A stretch of DNA of 52,228 bases from Thermoanaerobaculia bacterium. Its GTDB lineage: Bacteria; Acidobacteriota; Thermoanaerobaculia; Multivoradales; UBA5704. A program made the translations under genes and the position numbers. The notes under the pieces are model-generated. The model had not been told where the DNA came from. It searched no databases and was given only the letters and a program-made list of their open reading frames with translations. This document shows, piece by piece, positions 9,334-16,585 of the stretch; positions within the stretch are counted from its first letter, which is position 1; each line of letters begins with the position of its first letter. The stretch covers positions 1 to 52,228 of the forward strand of contig JBGAGQ010000045.1 of NCBI GenBank assembly GCA_044226625.1. The letters are read 5' to 3'.

Positions 9334-10569
9334 TTACCCTCGATCAGTCCCCGATCGCTTTCGTCCCACCACCAAGACGTTCGCATACGGCGTCCCTTCA
9401 AAGAGCGGCGAGGTCTCGACGGTGAGTCCGCGCGCTTCGAGGAGACGACGCCATTCCTCAGCGCTTCGATAGTGGAAGCGCTGCGCGAAATCGCCGCGGG
9501 TGAGCGCCGAGAGACGCTCCTGGAATCTTGTCGCGAGGAACCGCCGGCCTCCGGCGGCGTCGGCGTCGCGAAGGAGGAGGACCCCTCCCGGCTCGAGCGC
9601 GGCCGCGATCCGGTCGAGCAGGCTCTCCTGCGCGGCGGCCGGTAGGTAGTGGAGGACGTCGAGCAGGAGCGCCACGCGGCAGCGGGGGAGCTCCACCGAT
9701 CGGAGGTCGGCGGTCGAGATTTCCGCCTCGGCCGAGAGCGCTTTGCGCGCTTGGGCCGCGATCTTTACCTTGCCTTCGAACCCGACGAGCTTCATCCCGC
9801 GGGGGAGCGGCCGGGCGCCGGGCGGGGTCGCCTCGGTTTCTTCGACGGCACGCAGCAGGGAGAAGAGGATGCCCCGGCCGCAGCCGAGATCCAGGACCAC
9901 GCCGGCTTCACCCGGATCGTCGGCCGGAGATTGATCCGCATCGAGCTCCAGCCCCCGTTCGATCAAGCCGAAGTAGAGCGGATCGTGGCGGAGCTTGCCG
10001 CGCACGAACTCCCAGGCGAACAGGCCGCAATCGAGGTAACGGCGCGACGCCGTGTCGATCAGGGCCTCGACCTCCGGGTGCCGGCGCGCGGAGACCGCCG
10101 CCTTGTAGGCGATGGCCGCTCCGATCAGGCCGAGCACGACGCCCAGGACGAGGGCGCCGACCAGCAGGTCGATCCCGAAACGGCCGAGCGGTAGCGACCG
10201 GATCTGCTCGGGATGGAGCGCGAGCGGCGGCGCGCCGCGCAGGAACCTCCCTACTTCCACCTCGGCGATGAACAGGAAGGGCGCGATGAACGGCAAGCTC
10301 ACGTTCGAGGCGAGGTAGGTCTTGAGCTGGCTCAAGCGGAGCAGGCGGGCCGCCAGGACGCAGAGAGGGAAATGGAAGCCGTAGAGCGGCGAACAGCCGA
10401 TCAGGAGCCCGATTCCGATCGCTGCGGCCTGGCGCGGAGGCGACTCCCCTTCGGTGCGCAGACGGACGTGCAGCTCGGCGAGCGTGCGTTGGAAACGAGC
10501 GAGGCGGCCGAGCGGCACCCGGGAGGGGGGTGGCGGCGCGACGTGCGGCGCGCGCGACGGCTCGCTCAT
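9334..10569 (-). CDS. DUF2062-like membrane domain fused to class I SAM-dependent methyltransferase
   Basis: N-terminal SPPRQAAAIGIGLLIGCSPLYGFH (DUF2062-like); FVRGKLRHDP; VLDLGCGRG motif I; LLDVLHYL; LEPGGVLLLRD. Confidence 0.8.
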   Translation of the reverse strand: MSEPSRAPHVAPPPPSRVPLGRLARFQRTLAELHVRLRTEGESPPRQAAAIGIGLLIGCSPLYGFHFPLCVLAARLLRLSQLKTYLASNVSLPFIAPFLFIAEVEVGRFLRGAPPLALHPEQIRSLPLGRFGIDLLVGALVLGVVLGLIGAAIAYKAAVSARRHPEVEALIDTASRRYLDCGLFAWEFVRGKLRHDPLYFGLIERGLELDADQSPADDPGEAGVVLDLGCGRGILFSLLRAVEETEATPPGARPLPRGMKLVGFEGKVKIAAQARKALSAEAEISTADLRSVELPRCRVALLLDVLHYLPAAAQESLLDRIAAALEPGGVLLLRDADAAGGRRFLATRFQERLSALTRGDFAQRFHYRSAEEWRRLLEARGLTVETSPLFEGTPYANVLVVGRKRSGTDRG

Positions 10570-11465
10570 CCAGCCTCACCTGCGCGCAGGGAGGCGGAGG
10601 ACGCCTGGCCGGGGCGGGGCAGGGCGAGCGCGCCGAGCCCCGCCCGTTCGATTTGATCGAGCAGGGTCGGCAGGGCCTCGAGCATCGCGGGCTGGCCGTC
10701 GCTCGTGCGAGCCGCCGAGCCGTCGTGGAGGAGGAGGACGTCGCCCGGCGAGAGGTTTCGGCCGAGACGTCGCGCGATCCGCGCCGGGTCGCGGACCACG
10801 GTGTCGAAAGCGCGTCGGGTCCAAGCGGCGAGGGAGAGCCCATGGCGCGCGAGGACCGACTCGAGCAGGACGCCGCGGAGACCTGCGGGGGCGCGGAACC
10901 AGGCTGGCTGCGCGCCGGACGCCGCGGCGATCGCCTTCTGGCCGGCGCTCACTTCGTGCTCGAGCGCTCGAGTTCCGCGCAGGGAGAAATCGTGGCGGTG
11001 GCGATAGGTGTGGTTCTCGACCGTGTGACCACGGCGGACGATCTCCCGCGCGAGTCGTGGATGCGCCTCCGCCCGCCGGCCGATCAGGAAGAAGCTCGCT
11101 TTCGCCCCTCGTTCGTCCAGTAGGTCGAGGACCCTGGGCGTCACCTCCGGATCGGGACCGTCGTCGAAAGTGAGGTAGACCCCCCGCTCCCCAGCTCCGC
11201 CGTGGAACCGGGTGAGATTCGGGCCGAGCAGGCGGCTCTGCGGGATGAGACCGGAGATGCCGATCGTGAGGTGGTTCGCGGCGAGGGCGCCCAGGATCCA
11301 CGGCCAACGCGCCGGGACCGCGGCGAGCGCGGCGACCGCGGCGGCATGGCTCGCCCAGGTGAAGCGGACGATCGCGCTCCGCCGGTACGGACGGGGCGCG
11401 TTGGGGCGGGGCAGCCCGCCAGGCGCAATCTCCTCCGCCGGGTCGAGGGTGTCCGGAGTCTGCAT
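10566..11465 (-). CDS. Polysaccharide deacetylase (CE4/NodB family) with N-terminal membrane segment
   Basis: YLTFDDGP, ASFFLIG, ENHTYRH, FRAPAG, DVLLLHD; start ATG 11465 (MQTPD). Confidence 0.88.
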   Translation of the reverse strand: MQTPDTLDPAEEIAPGGLPRPNAPRPYRRSAIVRFTWASHAAAVAALAAVPARWPWILGALAANHLTIGISGLIPQSRLLGPNLTRFHGGAGERGVYLTFDDGPDPEVTPRVLDLLDERGAKASFFLIGRRAEAHPRLAREIVRRGHTVENHTYRHRHDFSLRGTRALEHEVSAGQKAIAAASGAQPAWFRAPAGLRGVLLESVLARHGLSLAAWTRRAFDTVVRDPARIARRLGRNLSPGDVLLLHDGSAARTSDGQPAMLEALPTLLDQIERAGLGALALPRPGQASSASLRAGEAG

Positions 11466-11494
11466 GCCGCCGTCGGAATCGGAGACGCCGGGCT

Positions 11495-12970
11495 TCAAGG
11501 GGCCGGCTGTTCTCTTCGCGCGAGATCGAGGAGGGCGGCGCGATCGAGCTTGCCGCGCTCGGTGCGCGGCAGGGCGCGGACCAGCACCACGCTGCGCGGC
11601 ACCTTGTGCGCGGCCAGGCGGGGACGGCACCAGGCGAGCACCTGGTCGGTGGAGAGGGCGCCGTCGCCGCAGGCGATCACCGCGCGCAGTACCTCGCCTC
11701 CCGAAGCGGGGCGGGGCACGCCGAGGACGGCCACCTCGTGGACGCCGCGGAGCTCGCCGAGCACGCCTTCCACCTCGCGCGGGTTGACCTTCTTGCCCTT
11801 GATGTTCACCAGGTCGTCGACCCGGCCGAGCAGCGCGAGCTCACCGTCCTTGCACAGCGCCAGGTCGCTGGTTCGGTAAATCCCGGCGGCGAGGCGCTCG
11901 TCCGGCTCCGGGAGATAGCCGAGCGCGACGGCGGGAGATTTCACGGAGACCACCCCGGCCCCGCGCTCGTCCGGATCGAGCAGGCGGAGCGAGACGCCGT
12001 CGACCGGCGCGCCCACGGTGCCGCGCTCGCCGGCGCCCCCTTCGCGGTCGAAGCAAATCCCCCCGGACTCCGACGAGCCGTAGAACACGTGGATCGGCCG
12101 GCCGAACGTCTCGCGGAAGCGCGCCGCGGTCGCGGGCGGCAAAAGCGCTCCGGCGGTGAGCGCGAGGCGCACCGATCGCGGCCAGGCGGGTGGATGCGAG
12201 GTGCGGAGCAGCGCGTCGAGATACGCCGGCACGGTCGGGAAGATCGTCGCATCGCACGCCTCGGCCGCGGCGAGCGGCTCGACGGGAGAGTCTCCCTCCG
12301 GCAGGACGAGCACCTGGCCGCGCAGGAGCGCCGGCATCGCGAGGCTCGAAAGGCCGTAGGAATGGGTCATCGGCACGGTCGCGACGAAGGCGTCGTCGGG
12401 GCGGATGCCCATCGTCCGGCTGAGCTGCGCGTCGTCGGCGATCAGCGCTTCGGAGGGGGTGGCGATCCCGCGCGGCGCGCCGGTCGAGCCCGAGGTGACC
12501 TTGATCACGGCGAGATCCGGGAGGGTGGGGCGATCGGCTCGTTCCGCCCCGGCCTCGGGGTCCGGCGGGGCGGATGGAACCGGGCGGATCGAGAAGATCT
12601 CCGGTCCGGTGGGCCAGGCGCAGGGACACTCGAGGATCGCGGCCGCGCCCAGCCGCCCGGCGATCCGGAGCCGCTCGGCCTCCGGGGTGCCGGAGTCGAG
12701 CAGCAAGGCGGGACGTCCGAGGGTCCGGAGCGCGAGGAAGCCGGCGAGGAAGCCGGCGCCGTTCGCGGCGGCGAAAGCGATCGGACGCGGCTCCCCCTCT
12801 TCCGAGCGGTCGGCCGCCCCGGCTTCCTCCTCCAACCGCCGGACGACCCCCCGCGCGAGGTCCGCCACCGCGCCGCGATCCGTCCGGCGGGAGCGCGAGA
12901 CCACGATCGCGGCGCGCGGGTCGTCGAGATGGAGCCTTTCGAAGGCTCGGAGAATCGGATCGGTCGGCAT
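11495..12970 (-). CDS. Class I adenylate-forming enzyme (acyl-CoA/acyl-ACP ligase)
   Basis: TSGSTGAPRG, HSYGL, YGSSESGG, YRTSD, GRVDDLVNIKGKKV, LPRTERGK. Confidence 0.9.
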   Translation of the reverse strand: MPTDPILRAFERLHLDDPRAAIVVSRSRRTDRGAVADLARGVVRRLEEEAGAADRSEEGEPRPIAFAAANGAGFLAGFLALRTLGRPALLLDSGTPEAERLRIAGRLGAAAILECPCAWPTGPEIFSIRPVPSAPPDPEAGAERADRPTLPDLAVIKVTSGSTGAPRGIATPSEALIADDAQLSRTMGIRPDDAFVATVPMTHSYGLSSLAMPALLRGQVLVLPEGDSPVEPLAAAEACDATIFPTVPAYLDALLRTSHPPAWPRSVRLALTAGALLPPATAARFRETFGRPIHVFYGSSESGGICFDREGGAGERGTVGAPVDGVSLRLLDPDERGAGVVSVKSPAVALGYLPEPDERLAAGIYRTSDLALCKDGELALLGRVDDLVNIKGKKVNPREVEGVLGELRGVHEVAVLGVPRPASGGEVLRAVIACGDGALSTDQVLAWCRPRLAAHKVPRSVVLVRALPRTERGKLDRAALLDLARREQPAP

Positions 12971-13114
12971 GAACTCGAAACTTAGTTTAACAGGTAGGGA
13001 CCGGAGCCCCGCCCCGCGAGGGGGGCGGGAAGGCCCCGGGGGAAGTGGGCGGCCCCTGGAATGTACGCGCGCCGCCGCGCCGATGCTTCACATTCTGCGG
13101 CAGAATCCGCGACC

Positions 13115-13507
13115 ATGAAGACCGCCCGAACGAAGGACCGAACGGAATCGATCGTCGAACGCCTGCGGCGGATCTGCCTCGCGCTCCCGGAGGCGACCGA
13201 GCGGCCGACCCAAGGCGAGCCGACCTGGTTCGTGGGAGGCAAGAAGACGTTCGCATCGCTCGACGACCATCACCACGGGGCGACCCACCTTTCGGTCTGG
13301 TGCGCCGCGCCCGAGGGGGCGCAGGAGACCTTGATCGCTCTCGCCCCCGAAATCTACTTCCGTCCACCCTACGTCGGGCACCGCGGCTGGATCGGCATCG
13401 TCCTCGACGGCGACGTGGATTGGGACGAGGTCGCCGAGCGGATCGACGAGTCGTATCGGTGTGTGGCGCCGAAACGTCTGGTGTCCGCGCTCGACGGCAG
13501 GGGCTAA
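13115..13507 (+). CDS. MmcQ/YjbR family putative DNA-binding protein
   Basis: LRRICLALPEATE, GEPTWFVGGKKTFA, YFRPPYVGHRGWIGI, IDESYRCVAPKRL. Confidence 0.82.
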   Translation: MKTARTKDRTESIVERLRRICLALPEATERPTQGEPTWFVGGKKTFASLDDHHHGATHLSVWCAAPEGAQETLIALAPEIYFRPPYVGHRGWIGIVLDGDVDWDEVAERIDESYRCVAPKRLVSALDGRG

Positions 13508-14064
13508 CCCGCCGCGTCGAAAGCCTGGCGCAACCAGGAGGTCAGCTCGGCGGTCACCTCGGCAGGGGCGGCCAGGCGGACGCGGTGGGTCATCATGCCG
13601 TTCCAGCTTCCGGCCGGCTCCAACCGCCCGGTCGGCTCCACGCCTTTGAGCACCAAGCCCAGATCGACCCGGTTCGCCGCGGGCTGGAGCAAGCCCAGCT
13701 GCTTTTTCCGGCGCAGGCTCAGATACCCCTTTTTCGGCGCGACTTCGAGGTCGCCTCCGAAGCCGCGTAGCGCGGACATCACGGCCTCGTGGATCGGGCG
13801 GAGGCCTGCTTTCGCCCCCACGTAGAGATCGTCCGCCGGATCTGCGCTCGCCGGAGGCGTCGGGGAATTCGCCTCGAGCGAGCGGAGGGCGATCAGATTC
13901 GCCGAACCGTGCCCGAGGCCATGTTTCTCCTTGAGAAACTTGACGATCTCGCCGTGCTTGGACAATCCACACGAACGGGCGATCGCAAGCCATTCGTCGA
14001 GGCTCTTGCCCGTCTTGGCCTCGAGGTTCGCGATCTGGGATTGAACGGCAGCGGCGACGTCCAT
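13504..14064 (-). CDS. DUF4287 + DUF5655-type domain protein
   Basis: NLEAKTGKSLDEW...KHGEIVKFLKEKHGLGHG; APKKGYLSLRRKKQ...THRVRL...WLRQAF. Confidence 0.75.
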   Translation of the reverse strand: MDVAAAVQSQIANLEAKTGKSLDEWLAIARSCGLSKHGEIVKFLKEKHGLGHGSANLIALRSLEANSPTPPASADPADDLYVGAKAGLRPIHEAVMSALRGFGGDLEVAPKKGYLSLRRKKQLGLLQPAANRVDLGLVLKGVEPTGRLEPAGSWNGMMTHRVRLAAPAEVTAELTSWLRQAFDAAG

Positions 14065-14093
14065 GGGCCGAGCTCCTTTCGCCTTGATCTAGG

Positions 14094-14594
14094 TCATCCG
14101 AACGGATTGTCGTCCGCGGTCGGCCCGTAGACCGAGGGGAGCGGTACGTCGAGCAAACGCAGGTAGACGGTCATCTGACCGCGGTGGTGATACCAGTGAT
14201 TGAGCAGGATGTTACGCAGAACGGCGATACGAGGGAAGGACATGATGGTCTTTCCGTCGCGGGCCATCGACCAGATCCCCATCGCTTTCTCGTCGTCCAT
14301 CGTCCCGAGGATCGCGCGGGCCTCGGCGAGGCTGGTGTCGAGGGCTTCGAGGATCTGGGCGGTGCTGGTCGGCTCCGGGGGCGTGAAGCCCGGCGGCGAG
14401 ACGGGTTCTTCGGCGCTGGCCAGGCGCGGGATCGCCCCCGGAATGTTCGCCATGTGGAGGGCGAGGGTGCCGAGCGACATCGATTTCGGGTGCGGCTTCC
14501 AGCCGAGCTGTGCGTCCGGGACGCGTTCCAGCAAACGACGGGTCGTGACGGCTTCCCGCTCCAGCTCCTCGAGGATGGGCGCGACGAGGCTCAT
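14094..14594 (-). CDS. DinB/YfiT family protein
   Basis: TRRLLERVP, WKPHPKSMSLGTLALH, NHWYHHRGQMTVYLRLLDVPLPSVYGPTAD. Confidence 0.88.
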   Translation of the reverse strand: MSLVAPILEELEREAVTTRRLLERVPDAQLGWKPHPKSMSLGTLALHMANIPGAIPRLASAEEPVSPPGFTPPEPTSTAQILEALDTSLAEARAILGTMDDEKAMGIWSMARDGKTIMSFPRIAVLRNILLNHWYHHRGQMTVYLRLLDVPLPSVYGPTADDNPFG

Positions 14595-14756
14595 GAGATC
14601 TCCTTGCGGTTGGGCACCCCTCGCGAGGCGCCGGAAGGCGAGATCTTAGTCGGTTCCACGTCGTAGTTAGGCGGCCGATCGTTCCGTCGAGCGCGATGCG
14701 TGTCGCACAGGAGGTCAGAGACTCGGTCGTCCGCTACCCTTCCGCGGGCTCGACTC

Positions 14757-15395
14757 TCAGTCCTCGGGCCGGCGAATCTCGCGCGCCCGGACGACGAAGC
14801 GCTGCGGCGCCGAGCCCACGTAATCGAACGGGAAGCAGGTGATGAGGGTGAGGATCGGCTCGGCGCCCGGGGTGAGGACCTCGGTCTCGGTCGGCTCGAC
14901 GACCCGGAGCTCCTCGACCCGATAGTCGAACGTGCCGGCAGGGGTGGAGAGGTGGATCGGGTCGTCGAGCTGGAGCTTGCGCAGGCCGCGAAAGAAGGTG
15001 TCCCGATGGCCCGCGAGCGCGACGTTTCCGGAGTCGCCGGGAAGCGCCGTGCTGGGCACGTGGCCGACCGCACGACGCAGCGTGCGATCGTCCACCCCCT
15101 GGACGACGATCGCGTCGACCGCCGCCGCCGGAATGGTGATCCGGCCGATGACGCCGTCGGCGGCGAGAGCCGCGGCGGCGGACCTCCGGGCCGGGGTCTC
15201 GGCGATCGGAGAAGGCTGGGCCGTCTCCTCCCCGGGCAGGACTTCGGCCAAGCGCGCGCTCTCCATCCGCTGGTAGAGAAAACGGTCGGCCGCCGTCGCG
15301 CCGACCCAGGCGAACGCGAGAAAAGCGATCAGGAACAGCGCTCTTTCGGGCCATCGAGCGCGGTTCCTGATCGCTGGGGCTGCAAGGACGTTCAT
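14757..15395 (-). CDS. Sortase (class D-like)
   Basis: N-terminal TM; GNVALAGHRDTFF (His), LTLITCFPF (TLxTC Cys), QRFVVRA (Arg). Confidence 0.93.
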   Translation of the reverse strand: MNVLAAPAIRNRARWPERALFLIAFLAFAWVGATAADRFLYQRMESARLAEVLPGEETAQPSPIAETPARRSAAAALAADGVIGRITIPAAAVDAIVVQGVDDRTLRRAVGHVPSTALPGDSGNVALAGHRDTFFRGLRKLQLDDPIHLSTPAGTFDYRVEELRVVEPTETEVLTPGAEPILTLITCFPFDYVGSAPQRFVVRAREIRRPED

Positions 15396-15472
15396 GAGGG
15401 GGCGGAAGAGCTTGGGGCCCGGGATCGTCGGATCGGAATCGGCCGTCCGATCGAACCCGGGCCGGGGTGGAG

Positions 15473-16192
15473 TTAGGCCGAGATTCGGCGGCGGTAGAGG
15501 AACGCTCCGGCCGCCAGGGCGACGAGGCCGATCACCAGAAGGGCCGGCTCGGCGCTCGCGGTCTGCGGCAACGTCGAATCGTAGTTGTCGGTTCCGGTCG
15601 CGCCGGTCCGCTCGCTCGCCATCGTGCCGCCCATCGCGGTGGTTCGGTCCGTCGTCGAACCGTTCATTCCCGTGGTGGTCCCGGTCGTGTGATCCATGGT
15701 GTCATTGGCCATCGGCTCGGTGGCTTGGTTCCGACCCATGGTGTCCGTGTCGGTCGAATCGGTCATCGGTTCCATCGAGTTGCTGCCGGTGGTCCCGGTC
15801 GGCTGACGGGGATTTGCCGGCGACTGGTAGTTGCCCGTGGTGCCGACCACCGTGGTGCGCGACTCGCCGGTCTGGCCGTTGGTCCCCGGAGCGCCGACGT
15901 TGGTCGGCGTGCGCGGCGTCAGGCTCGAGCCCTCCGCGACGGCGAGGGCCTCGTAGCCGCCCGTATCCAGGGCGCGATAGGTCACGCTGACGCGATCACC
16001 TTCCTTGAGATTCGCCGGCTTGTCGGTGCCCGAGTTCATCACCAGATCGAGCCGCATGTTGGAGTCCGTCTGAACCACGAGGTTGTAGGCCGAGGACGAG
16101 ATGACGCGACCCATGGCGGTCTGCGTGTCCTGCGCCTGGGCCACGCCCACGGCGAGCAGCAGGCTGAAGAGAAGAATCGGTATCCGCTTCAT
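15473..16192 (-). CDS. Secreted protein with LPXTG-like (LPQTA) sorting signal; probable substrate of the adjacent sortase
   Basis: Signal peptide MKRIPILLFSLLLAVGVAQA from ATG 16192; small beta-rich domain; Thr/Gly/Met-rich linker; LPQTA + hydrophobic ALLVIGLVALAAGAFLY + RRR tail. Confidence 0.88.
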   Translation of the reverse strand: MKRIPILLFSLLLAVGVAQAQDTQTAMGRVISSSAYNLVVQTDSNMRLDLVMNSGTDKPANLKEGDRVSVTYRALDTGGYEALAVAEGSSLTPRTPTNVGAPGTNGQTGESRTTVVGTTGNYQSPANPRQPTGTTGSNSMEPMTDSTDTDTMGRNQATEPMANDTMDHTTGTTTGMNGSTTDRTTAMGGTMASERTGATGTDNYDSTLPQTASAEPALLVIGLVALAAGAFLYRRRISA

Positions 16193-16300
16193 GGAAAATC
16201 TCCTTTCGCAAGCGGGCAAGGAGGGGGGCCACCTTTTGGAAGGTTTTTCGGATCGGCTCTGCGGCGCGTCCCCTCGCTGCACCTTTCGGCTCGCTATAGG

Positions 16301-16316
16301 AGCAAGGCCGGTGCCA
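16301..16316 (-). promoter_or_regulatory. Sigma-54 (-24/-12) promoter for the LPQTA protein-sortase pair
   Basis: Minus strand reads TGGCAC-CGGCC-TTGCT (GG-N10-GC), about 110 bp upstream of ATG 16192. Confidence 0.8.
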
Positions 16317-16585
16317 CCTCGGCCCTCCTCGGGGTCAGGGTCGCTCCGCCCCTCGAGCTCAACAGATCCCGGGAAAGCTTGCCGACGCCCGAAACGGGCT
16401 GGCATTAAATGCAGGGCGGCCCTTGCCGAGATGCGGGAGATGCCCCCGTTTCGCGCGTCCGGGGCACCTAGGAAAGAATAGACGTAGAGCATCGAGGTCG
16501 ATCGAGCGGACGAACCGCGATCGAATTCTTCGGATCCCGTCGCGCCGCTTCCGAGCGGCCGCGGATCGAACGAGGGGACCAGCGT

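Noticed and set aside
8990-9645. ORFs 8990-9472 and 9079-9645 as real genes
   Set aside because: Both overlap the methyltransferase gene antisense, have atypical codon usage and show no family signal; treated as the periodic tract instead.
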